64,000 nt of DNA, taken from NCBI GenBank assembly GCA_015063695.1, contig SVTQ01000004.1, forward strand, positions 3,784-67,783, read 5' to 3'. The DNA is from Oscillospiraceae bacterium. Lineage in GTDB: Bacteria > Bacillota > Clostridia > Oscillospirales > CAG-272. Below the pieces are notes generated by a model. The model did not search any database. It was not told the DNA's origin and saw nothing but the letters and a program-made list of their open reading frames with translations. Position numbers and translations under genes: made by a program. Positions 53,804-62,525 of the stretch are shown in pieces (within the stretch, counting starts at the first letter, position 1; the number at the start of each line of letters is the position of its first letter).

Positions 53804-55153
53804 ATGAGAGAAGCAAAATTCTCAAAAGACGGCGAAAAGGGAGGAGTTCACCTCGGTACGATGGCGGAGCCAATGGCACTGATCTTAATTTTCATGTGCA
53901 TCGGGCTTACGTATTCAAGAAACATCCCTTCCACACTGGGCTCAATTCTTCTTTGGGTGTCCGTAATCCTCACCTATATGGCACTTGTAACGGTCATCAC
54001 CAACAGACGAAGGCTTGAAATGACCGTTTTTGCCCTGACCGTTGCCGTTGCGGTAAACGGTATTATCGCCGGCGCACAGTTCCTCCTCGGAAGCACGCTC
54101 GGTTTTGAGCTTGACATGGCATTCTGGAAGGACTTTGACAATGCTTTCCTCGGGCTTTTCAACACGGGACTTACATATTATGACGGCGACCGTGCCGCCT
54201 CAACCTTCTGCAACCCCAACGTTTTCGCTCAGTCCATGGGTATGCTTCTGCCCTTCGGTCTTTATTTTGCCTGCAGCCACAGAAAGGATGCAAGGCACAA
54301 TCTGTGCCGTGTTCTCGTACCCCTTGCCTTCTTCGGAACTCTGTTTTCCTTCTCAAGAGGCGTATATTTAGCGCTTATCATCATCCTTCTGATGTACGGC
54401 TTCTATCACATAAAGAAACTGCGCTTTATCCTTATTGCCGCAGTTATCGTAATACTTCTTATCCCCTCGTCGGTATATACGAGATTTTTGTCCCTCGACG
54501 GCATCAGTGAGTTCATCACGGGCGTTTTCAACGACTTCTCGGGAAAGGGTATAGACTACGAAGGCTCCCTCCTTGACTCAGCCATGAAATTTTTCGAATC
54601 CGCCCTCACCAAAGGCGCGGTGGAAGAATCGACCCGTCTGCGCTTTGATGCATGGATATCTACCATGCGCCTTATAATCAAAAATCCTCTTGAGGGCTAC
54701 GGTGCAGGCTACCACAACATAAGACTTATCATCAACGAAGCGGGTATTCCCATTTTCCATACCCACAACTTCTACTTCCAGACCCTTATGGAAGGCGGTC
54801 TTATCCTCCTTCTTCTCTACGTCTGGATACATCTTTCCACTCTCCGCAAGGGAATTATGCTCATAAGACAGTCAAGCGCTCCCAAGATGGGACTCTCCAT
54901 TGAGTGCTTCATTATCGGCTTTGCGGTCATGGGTCTTACAGACATTCCCACCCTTACGGCGAAAGGTATATTCTCCTTTGCCCTTGCCATCGGCATTACG
55001 GAAGCGGCGGCAAATCTTTATTATCAAAGACGTCCCCTTTCTCCGGGCGAAGCGTTCTTCACCGTCACAAGAATAGGAAAGCTTGTGGGGATGATCAAAA
55101 GCAAGTGTGCAAAAAACAAGGAAACAAAAGAAAAAAGCCTGATTGCTAAATAA
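53804..55153 (+). CDS. O-antigen ligase / Wzy-like polytopic membrane protein (5' end probably disrupted or phase-variable)
   Basis: 449 aa from the first ATG, polytopic (~10 TM), with a FSFSRGVYLALIIIL Wzy_C-like segment. The frame stays open upstream to 53657 and encodes a plausible TM1 without any start codon (see finding). Confidence 0.6.
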   Translation: MREAKFSKDGEKGGVHLGTMAEPMALILIFMCIGLTYSRNIPSTLGSILLWVSVILTYMALVTVITNRRRLEMTVFALTVAVAVNGIIAGAQFLLGSTLGFELDMAFWKDFDNAFLGLFNTGLTYYDGDRAASTFCNPNVFAQSMGMLLPFGLYFACSHRKDARHNLCRVLVPLAFFGTLFSFSRGVYLALIIILLMYGFYHIKKLRFILIAAVIVILLIPSSVYTRFLSLDGISEFITGVFNDFSGKGIDYEGSLLDSAMKFFESALTKGAVEESTRLRFDAWISTMRLIIKNPLEGYGAGYHNIRLIINEAGIPIFHTHNFYFQTLMEGGLILLLLYVWIHLSTLRKGIMLIRQSSAPKMGLSIECFIIGFAVMGLTDIPTLTAKGIFSFALAIGITEAAANLYYQRRPLSPGEAFFTVTRIGKLVGMIKSKCAKNKETKEKSLIAK

Positions 55154-55279
55154 GAAATCCAAAACATTCCTAAAACGTGAGGAAACAAGCCCCTCCCTCA
55201 CCATAAAATTACATACAACACAAAAAGCACTTTGTAATTGCAAAAATGCATACACAAAGTGCTTTTTTTAATATCATAT

Positions 55280-56338
55280 TCAATCAAATCTCGCAAGCTC
55301 ATAGCCCATGGAACGGTAGTTGTCGATAAGACTTCCAAGTATCTCCGTATTGGTTGCGGAAACTGCGTGAAGAAGGATTATAGCTCCGGGATGAGCGGCT
55401 CCCGTAAGTCTTTCAAGTGCTGCTGCAGGTGCAGGCTGAGCGGCAGGATCCCAGTCCTTATATGCGTAGCTCCAAAAAAGGGACTTATATCCCATGCTCT
55501 GAAGAAGCGCCTGTGTTCTGTCACTTGAAGCACCTTCGGGGAAACGGAAAAGGGACATTGTGTAGCCGAAATTATCGTAGATATAATCGTGAAGTATTTT
55601 TACTTCATCATAGGCCTCCTCGAGTGTTTCGTTCGGAAGGGAACCGTGATAAGCGCTGTGATTTCCGAGAACGTGTCCTTCGTTTATCATTCGCCGGATT
55701 AAATCGGGATTGTTTTTTGCATAGTGGAGAGTTACAAAGAACACCGCCGAAACGCCCTTTGCTCTCAGGGTATCGAGAATTAGGGGAGTGTAGCCGTTTT
55801 CATAACCCTCATCGAAGGTCAGATACATCTTCATTGCGCCGTCGTTTACTATGTAGTAAGAACCGAAACCGCCGTAGGTATTCTGCGCGTAAAGAGCCCC
55901 CGTAGGTCTGTTCATTTCGTCAACGTTTACGCCCTGACCCCAGCCGCGGCGGGTGTTGTCGAGACTCATGAGGTAATTTATGGTATCCTCTCCGAGAGCT
56001 TCTACCACACGGTATTCGGGAACTACCACGGGAAGGGCTTCCGCTGTTGTTTCATAAGCGGTAGTCTGTATTACCTGCTGAGTTGCGGGTTCGGTAACAG
56101 GTTCGGTAACAGGCTCTGTCTCCGTTTCCGTTTCTGTTTCCGTTATCTCATGGAGCGTATCAGCATTTTCGGCTCCCTGAAGCTCCGCATCTTCCGAAAA
56201 AGTTTCAAAGGGCTCAACCTCGGGACCGGTATATTTGATATTCATTAGCGTCGCACCCAACACAAAAGCAGAGCCGAGAATGAGCACTGCCGCCGACGTC
56301 AGAGCGGCTGTCAGTATATATCTTTTTTTATCACTCAT
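55280..56338 (-). CDS. polysaccharide deacetylase (NodB domain), PdaA-like
   Basis: TFDEGYENGYT and GNHSAYH NodB motifs. N-terminal TM anchor and a T/E/P-rich linker (ETETETETEPVTEPVTEPAT). I prefer the ATG at 56338 (MSDKKRYIL), with GAGGGGGA upstream. Confidence 0.8.
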   Translation of the reverse strand: MSDKKRYILTAALTSAAVLILGSAFVLGATLMNIKYTGPEVEPFETFSEDAELQGAENADTLHEITETETETETEPVTEPVTEPATQQVIQTTAYETTAEALPVVVPEYRVVEALGEDTINYLMSLDNTRRGWGQGVNVDEMNRPTGALYAQNTYGGFGSYYIVNDGAMKMYLTFDEGYENGYTPLILDTLRAKGVSAVFFVTLHYAKNNPDLIRRMINEGHVLGNHSAYHGSLPNETLEEAYDEVKILHDYIYDNFGYTMSLFRFPEGASSDRTQALLQSMGYKSLFWSYAYKDWDPAAQPAPAAALERLTGAAHPGAIILLHAVSATNTEILGSLIDNYRSMGYELARFD

Positions 56339-56495
56339 AATTCTCCCCCTCACGGGATAATTCATTTATGTATTTATCATAAATAATTTAGGCCGTATTG
56401 TCAAGTAGAAATACCCTTTGTTCGCATTTTTTAACTGTTCACTCTGTTTTTTTGCTTTTTTGACGGTTTCTTTCATTAGTATTATATAGGCAAAT

Positions 56496-56507
56496 GAACA
56501 TTTGTTC
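56496..56507. promoter_or_regulatory. LexA (Cheo/SOS) box upstream of recA
   Basis: GAACATTTGTTC (GAAC-N4-GTTC) lies 20 nt upstream of the recA -35 element. Confidence 0.65.
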
Positions 56508-56526
56508 GGAAATTTTCAAAAAACTA

Positions 56527-56555
56527 TTGACTTTAATATGTGTTTATATTATAAT
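56527..56555 (+). promoter_or_regulatory. sigma-A promoter of recA
   Basis: TTGACT, a 17-nt spacer, then TATAAT. Confidence 0.55.
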
Positions 56556-56621
56556 AAAAAAGTAATCTATAAATTATGTTATTAAGATAAGTATTAATAT
56601 TATATAAGGAGCGGACACCAG

Positions 56622-57746
56622 ATGGCAGCACCCAAAAAGAAAAAGAAAGATCCCGTAACTCCCATAGACGATAAATCAGCGAAGAAAAAGGCTCTTGAAT
56701 CTGCAATTTCCCAGATCGAGCGCAGCTTCGGTAAAGGCACCGTCATTAAAATGGGCGAAAATGCAAATATGAACGTAAGCTCAGTTTCCACGGGCTCCAT
56801 CGGTCTTGACGTGGCGCTGGGTATCGGCGGTCTTCCCAAAGGAAGAATTATTGAGATCTTCGGCCCTGAATCCTCAGGTAAAACAACAGTTGCTCTTCAC
56901 GCAATTGCAGAGGTTCAGAAAGAAGGCGGCGAGGCGGCGTTTATTGACGCCGAACACGCTCTCGACCCCGTTTATGCAAAAAACCTCGGTGTCAATATTG
57001 ACGAGCTCCTTGTTTCCCAGCCCGACAGCGGCGAGCAGGCTCTTGAGGTTTGCGAAGCTCTCGTTCGCTCGGGCGCAATCGATATAGTTGTAATCGACTC
57101 CGTTGCGGCTCTCGTTCCTCAGCAGGAGCTTGAAGGCGACATGGGCTCCTCCCACGTAGGCCTTCACGCAAGACTTATGTCTCAGGCTCTCCGTAAGCTC
57201 TCAGGCGTGATCTCCGACTCCAACTGTATCGTTATCTTCATCAACCAGCTCCGCGAAAAGGTGGGCGTTATGTACGGCAACCCCGAAACAACAACGGGCG
57301 GCCGCGCACTTAAGTTCTATGCTTCGGTTCGTATAGACGTAAGAAAGAGCGACGTTCTCAAGAACGGCTCCGATATCTACGGAAACAGAGTAAAGTGCAA
57401 GATCGTAAAGAACAAAGTTGCTCCTCCCTTCAAGGTTGCCGAATTTGATATTATCTACGGCAAGGGTATCTCCAAAACAGGAGAGATAATCGACATGGGT
57501 ATTGAGCTGGGCATCATAGAAAAGAGCGGCTCATGGTTCTACTACGGCGGCGAAAGACTTGCTCAGGGTAAGGACAACGCAAAGAAGATGATCGAAGAAG
57601 ACGAAAAGCTCATCACCGAGATCGAAGAAAAAATAAAGGCGGCAATGGCTGACGGCGCACAGCTCGACGCTAACGAATTTGAAGACGAGGACGGGGATGA
57701 CGAAGAACTCGACATCCGCCTTCTCGACCTTGATATCGACGAATAA
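56622..57746 (+). CDS. recA: recombinase RecA
   Basis: 374 aa. GPESSGKTT Walker A, canonical RecA core and an acidic C-terminal tail. Confidence 0.97.
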   Translation: MAAPKKKKKDPVTPIDDKSAKKKALESAISQIERSFGKGTVIKMGENANMNVSSVSTGSIGLDVALGIGGLPKGRIIEIFGPESSGKTTVALHAIAEVQKEGGEAAFIDAEHALDPVYAKNLGVNIDELLVSQPDSGEQALEVCEALVRSGAIDIVVIDSVAALVPQQELEGDMGSSHVGLHARLMSQALRKLSGVISDSNCIVIFINQLREKVGVMYGNPETTTGGRALKFYASVRIDVRKSDVLKNGSDIYGNRVKCKIVKNKVAPPFKVAEFDIIYGKGISKTGEIIDMGIELGIIEKSGSWFYYGGERLAQGKDNAKKMIEEDEKLITEIEEKIKAAMADGAQLDANEFEDEDGDDEELDIRLLDLDIDE

Positions 57747-57927
57747 TAAAATATGGTCAGGGGACTGTTTTGAACTGTCTTCATGACGGTATCTTTAAGG
57801 ATACTGTTTTTGAAGAACGGTCATGCAGTCCCTATAGGTCTTTTTTTCGGGGTTATTAAAAATCTCCCAAAAAAGGAAAAAAGACACATTTTGCAAGAAA
57901 AATTAAGGAAAAGGAGGGGTTTCAGTC

Positions 57928-59139
57928 GTGAAATGCAAACAGATAGAATTTACAAATTTCCGAAATATGGACACGGCTGACATCTGCTTTTCCGACGGTA
58001 TAAACGTGCTCTGGGGAAAAAATGCTCAGGGCAAAAGCAACATCCTCGAAGGGGTCTACTACTTTGCAAGAGGACGCTCCTTCAGAGGCGCAAAGGACAG
58101 AGAGATGATTCGCTTCGGCGAGGATTTTTCAAAGCTCCGAATGGAGTGCATAAGGGACGGCGCGACGTTTGGCACCGACCTTGAAATAATACTCCCCGCA
58201 GACCCCAAAGAAAGAAAAAAGGTCTTTCGGAACGAGGCCCCCGTCTCGGGAATTTCCGAGCTTATCGGCTCCTTCCGCGCAGTTCTTTTCTGCCCCGCCC
58301 ACCTTTCCCTTGTCAGCGGAGGCCCTGTGGGACGGAGAACCTTTCTCGATATTGCCATCTCCCAGCTTTCAAGGGAGTATATGGCAAACCTCTCAAAATA
58401 CAACAGACTTCTGACTCAGCGCACCGCCGCTCTCAAAAGCGCCGCCGCAGGCGAAAGATTTGCCCCTGCACTTTGGGAGACCTTCGCCGAACAGATGGCA
58501 GAGTGCGGCTCGAAGATCGCCGCCTTCCGCTACTCCTATATCTCCATGATGAGTGTTGAGATGGAACAGCTTTTTTCGGATATGACGGGCGGCAGTGAAA
58601 AGCCTGCCCTCACTTACGTTACTCATGCGGCAAAGCCCGAAACGGATACGTCGGCGGATATGGATGACGCACAGGATGCCGAGGGCGCAAAGGACAGAGG
58701 CGAAATGGAGACCTCAGATACCGTGGAGCTTGGCAAAGCGGAGCTTTCTCCCGAGCCGCTTTACACGGGACTTCTCGACAACTTAGATAAAGAAATAAAA
58801 TACGGAGCCACCCTCAAGGGAATTCACAAGGACGATATCCGCATAAGGCTCAACGGTAAAGATGCTAAGATATATGCATCTCAGGGTCAGATGCGAAGCC
58901 TTGCCCTCTCCATGAAGCTCTCCGAGGGAAGTCTTGCCTACACGGCGGGAGGCGAAAAACCCGTTATTCTTCTTGACGACGTGCTCTCCGAGCTTGACAG
59001 TCACAGACAAAGCTTCGTTCTCGGCTCTCTTGCCGACAGACAAATAATAGTAACCTCCTGCGAGCCCTCTCTCTTTGAGTCGGCGGGAGACAACGTTTGT
59101 CTGTTCAGAGTGGATAACGGCAACGTCGAAAAAATGTAA
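57928..59139 (+). CDS. recF: DNA replication/repair protein RecF
   Basis: 403 aa. GTG start with an AAGGAGGGG RBS, FRNMD...GKNAQGKSNILEG Walker A, C-terminal LLDDVLSELD. Carries an acidic ~45-aa insertion (58624..58770). Confidence 0.85.
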   Translation: MKCKQIEFTNFRNMDTADICFSDGINVLWGKNAQGKSNILEGVYYFARGRSFRGAKDREMIRFGEDFSKLRMECIRDGATFGTDLEIILPADPKERKKVFRNEAPVSGISELIGSFRAVLFCPAHLSLVSGGPVGRRTFLDIAISQLSREYMANLSKYNRLLTQRTAALKSAAAGERFAPALWETFAEQMAECGSKIAAFRYSYISMMSVEMEQLFSDMTGGSEKPALTYVTHAAKPETDTSADMDDAQDAEGAKDRGEMETSDTVELGKAELSPEPLYTGLLDNLDKEIKYGATLKGIHKDDIRIRLNGKDAKIYASQGQMRSLALSMKLSEGSLAYTAGGEKPVILLDDVLSELDSHRQSFVLGSLADRQIIVTSCEPSLFESAGDNVCLFRVDNGNVEKM

Positions 59140-59163
59140 CTATTTTACCTGTGGAGTTCTGCC

Positions 59164-59805
59164 ATGTACACAATAACCGCTTGCTCTGCGGCGCAGGGCA
59201 GGATAACTTTTAAAATAAGAAACGACGAGACGGGTGACAAACTCACCCTCACCGTAGGAAAAGAGTTTCTTCCGCCCTTCGCGGGTGCGGACAGCGAGGG
59301 AAAAGAGCTTTTGGAGGAAGAATTTTCCACGCTGTATGAAATGTCTCTTGTAACGGAAGCCGCATCGAAGGCGCTAAGTGTTCTCTCTTACGGCAACGTC
59401 AGCAGAAAGGGTCTTATTTTCAAGCTGACCTCAAAATACAAAATCGAAAAAGAATACGCCGAAGCGGCGGCAGACTATGCCGTGCGCCACCGTTACATCG
59501 ACGAAAAGTCCCAGGCGGCTCATATAGCGGACAAGTGCGTTAAGATAAAAAAACAGGGCAAGAGAAAGATTGCCGCCTATCTTATATCCAAGGGCTACGA
59601 AAAAGAAGCAGTAAACGAGGCGATAAACTCCGTTTCCGACAGCGACTATGAAGCTGCCGCCGTTTCTGCTCTTTTTAAAAAGACAAGAACAATGCCCGAA
59701 ACAAGAGAAGAAAAAATGAAGCTTGCCGCTTCTCTTATGCGGCAGGGGCACACAAAGGCTCATATCGAAAAAGCCTTTGAAGCGCTTGCAGACGAAAACG
59801 AATAA
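59164..59805 (+). CDS. recX: RecA regulator RecX
   Basis: 213 aa. Three-repeat helical pattern (YAVRHRYIDEKSQAAHIADK ... AYLISKGYEKEAVNEAI). Confidence 0.8.
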   Translation: MYTITACSAAQGRITFKIRNDETGDKLTLTVGKEFLPPFAGADSEGKELLEEEFSTLYEMSLVTEAASKALSVLSYGNVSRKGLIFKLTSKYKIEKEYAEAAADYAVRHRYIDEKSQAAHIADKCVKIKKQGKRKIAAYLISKGYEKEAVNEAINSVSDSDYEAAAVSALFKKTRTMPETREEKMKLAASLMRQGHTKAHIEKAFEALADENE

Positions 59806-59834
59806 AAATCCAAAATAACACAGAGGTAACGCAA

Positions 59835-61169
59835 ATGAAAGCAAAAATCGGATTTATCTCACTGGGATGCCCCAAAAATCTTGTTGACACCGAAGTTATG
59901 CTCCATCACGTAATGGAAGCAGGCTATGAAATAACCCCCGACGAAACAGAGGCGGACGTTGTTATAATCAACACCTGCGCCTTTATAGAGAGCGCAAAGA
60001 AGGAAGCCATTGAAAATATTCTTGACGTTGCGTGGCTCAAGGAAAACCGCGACCTCAAGGGTATCGTGGTAACAGGTTGTCTTCCCGAAAGATACAGAGA
60101 AGAAATTCTTTCCGAGATGCCCGAGGTCGATGCGGTCATCGGCTGCGGCGGTATTCATGAGATAGTTTCCGCCATTGAAAAGGTTCTCGGCGGAGAGAAG
60201 TATTCCTGCTTCCCCGAGCAGGAAAAGATAGACTTCAGCGGTGACAGAATCGTAACCACGGGAGATACTTTCGCTTACCTCAAGATATCCGAAGGATGCC
60301 GCAACCGCTGTACCTACTGCGCAATTCCCTCCATCAGAGGCAAATTCCGCTCACGTACCGAAGAGAGCATTCTTGCAGAAGCGCGCGACCTTGACGAAAT
60401 GGGCATAAAAGAACTCGTTATAGTTGCTCAGGATACGACCTGCTGGGGTATCGACATTTACGGAGAATACAGACTTCCCGCGCTTCTCAGAAAGATCAGT
60501 GAGGAAACGTCTGTCCCCCGTATCCGTATCCTCTACTGCTATCCTGACAAGATAACCGATGAGCTTGTTGCCGAAATAAGGGACAACGACAAAATTGTAA
60601 AATATATCGACCTGCCCGTTCAACATATCTCCGACTCCATGCTGAAGGCTATGAACAGACACGGCGACAGCGAATGTATTAAAGACGCGATAGCAAGACT
60701 CCGCCGCGAGGTTCCCGGAATTATCATCCGTTCCACTGCAATCGTCGGCTTCCCCGGTGAAACAAAGGAAGACTTCGAAGAGCTTTGTCAGTTCATTTTA
60801 GATGCAAAGTTTGAACGCTTCGGCGCTTTCCCCTACTCAAGAGAAGAGGGAACTGCGGCATACGATATGGAAGATCAGATAGACGAGCAGGAAAAACAGG
60901 ACAGATACGATATCCTCATGCGCCATCAGCTCTCAGTATGCGAAGAATTCAATGAAAAGATGGTGGGGCGCACCTTCTCCGTTCTCTGCGAGGATTTTGA
61001 CCCCGTCAGCGAAGCATACGTGGGAAGAACCTATATGGATGCCCCCGATATCGACGGCAAGGTATTCTTTATGTCCCCCCGAGGTACAAAATTCTCTCCC
61101 GGTCAGATAGTTGACGTTAAGATAACCGAAGCTATGGACTACGACCTTGTGGGAGAAACCGTAATCTGA
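59835..61169 (+). CDS. rimO: ribosomal protein S12 methylthiotransferase RimO
   Basis: 444 aa. N-terminal FISLGCPKN, radical-SAM CRNRCTYC and a C-terminal TRAM domain. Confidence 0.9.
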   Translation: MKAKIGFISLGCPKNLVDTEVMLHHVMEAGYEITPDETEADVVIINTCAFIESAKKEAIENILDVAWLKENRDLKGIVVTGCLPERYREEILSEMPEVDAVIGCGGIHEIVSAIEKVLGGEKYSCFPEQEKIDFSGDRIVTTGDTFAYLKISEGCRNRCTYCAIPSIRGKFRSRTEESILAEARDLDEMGIKELVIVAQDTTCWGIDIYGEYRLPALLRKISEETSVPRIRILYCYPDKITDELVAEIRDNDKIVKYIDLPVQHISDSMLKAMNRHGDSECIKDAIARLRREVPGIIIRSTAIVGFPGETKEDFEELCQFILDAKFERFGAFPYSREEGTAAYDMEDQIDEQEKQDRYDILMRHQLSVCEEFNEKMVGRTFSVLCEDFDPVSEAYVGRTYMDAPDIDGKVFFMSPRGTKFSPGQIVDVKITEAMDYDLVGETVI

Positions 61170-61226
61170 TAAAAACAAAAGCTTTGGGATAAATGCCCGA
61201 GCGGTGCGTTAAAGGAGAAAAACAAA

Positions 61227-61997
61227 TTGATAGCCCATATACTTTTCTCGTCAAGCAAGGGGAACTGTACTCTTGTGCGCCACGAAGGCACTCAGATACT
61301 TATTGACTGCGGAAAAAGCGCACGCGCCGTCTGCACTGCCATTAACGACGCAGGCGGAAACGCAGAAAAGATAGACGCGGTCTTTATAACCCATGAGCAC
61401 AGCGACCACACCTCAGCTCTTGACGTGCTTTGTTCGAAAAAGGAATTCGATATACATACAACGAAAAAGAGCGCGCCGAAGCTTCTTTCAAAGGAGCGCG
61501 TTGCTCCCCACGTGGTGATTCACGAAACGGAATACGAGGTTACCGTCGGCACTCTCACCGTAAAAAGCTTTCCCCTTCCCCATGACAGCGCCGACCACGT
61601 CGGTTATATCATCACCGACACCGAGGGCGACGTTCTCGGAATTGCAACGGACATGGGGCACATCACAAAATGCGCCGAGGAAAACCTTTCCTCCTGCAAA
61701 AAAGTTATAATCGAAGCTAATCACGACCACGAAATGCTTATGGAAGGCCCCTATCCCGCCGACCTCAAAAGGAGAATTCTCTCAAAGAGAGGACATCTTT
61801 CAAATACGGACTGCTCACTTCTTGCCTGCACTCTGGCAAAGGCGGGATGTAAAGCATTTGTCCTCGCCCATATCTCCCCCGAGAACAACACACCCGAAAT
61901 AGCTCACGCAGAGGTCAGATGCGCCCTTGACTCAGAAGGCTTTTCAGATCTGCCCCTGGAATGCGCTCTCCCCGATTTTCCCGTGAAAGTCGGATAA
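61227..61997 (+). CDS. MBL-fold metallo-hydrolase
   Basis: 256 aa. THEHSDH motif. TTG start with GGAGAAAAAC upstream. Confidence 0.8.
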   Translation: MIAHILFSSSKGNCTLVRHEGTQILIDCGKSARAVCTAINDAGGNAEKIDAVFITHEHSDHTSALDVLCSKKEFDIHTTKKSAPKLLSKERVAPHVVIHETEYEVTVGTLTVKSFPLPHDSADHVGYIITDTEGDVLGIATDMGHITKCAEENLSSCKKVIIEANHDHEMLMEGPYPADLKRRILSKRGHLSNTDCSLLACTLAKAGCKAFVLAHISPENNTPEIAHAEVRCALDSEGFSDLPLECALPDFPVKVG

Positions 61998-62018
61998 CGT
62001 AAAAGAGAAAGATTTAAA

Positions 62019-62501
62019 ATGCTGAAAATAGATATAATAACCTTAGGAAATTTATCGGAGCCTCACTGGAAGGCGGCATGCGACGAATATAAAAAAAGAC
62101 TGTCGGGAATGGCGGTCGTCACGGAAACTCAGCTTAAAGAAGAAAAGCTGAAAAACGACCCCTCGAGGGGAGAGATCGAAAAAGCTCTCGATGCAGAGGC
62201 GGTCCGAATAATGGAAAAGATACCGAAAAAGGCATACGTTGTGCCCATGTGCATTGAGGGAAAGCAGTTTTCCTCGGAGGCACTTGCCGCAAAGCTTGAC
62301 GGCGCCATGCTTTCGGGAAAAAGCAGTATATGCTTTATCATAGGCTCCTCTCACGGGCTCTCCCCAAAAATAAAAGCGCTTGCCGACCTAAAGCTCTCAA
62401 TGTCCGAGCTTACCTTCCCCCACCAGCTGGCAAGGGTCATGCTTTACGAAACAGTCTACCGCTGTATGAATATTCTATCGGGCGGTAAGTACCACAAATA
62501 A
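62019..62501 (+). CDS. rlmH: 23S rRNA (pseudouridine1915-N3)-methyltransferase RlmH
   Basis: 160 aa SPOUT protein. The FIIGSSHGLS and LTFPHQLARVML motifs match RlmH. Confidence 0.9.
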   Translation: MLKIDIITLGNLSEPHWKAACDEYKKRLSGMAVVTETQLKEEKLKNDPSRGEIEKALDAEAVRIMEKIPKKAYVVPMCIEGKQFSSEALAAKLDGAMLSGKSSICFIIGSSHGLSPKIKALADLKLSMSELTFPHQLARVMLYETVYRCMNILSGGKYHK

Positions 62502-62525
62502 CTAAAAATTAAGAAAGGAACGCAG

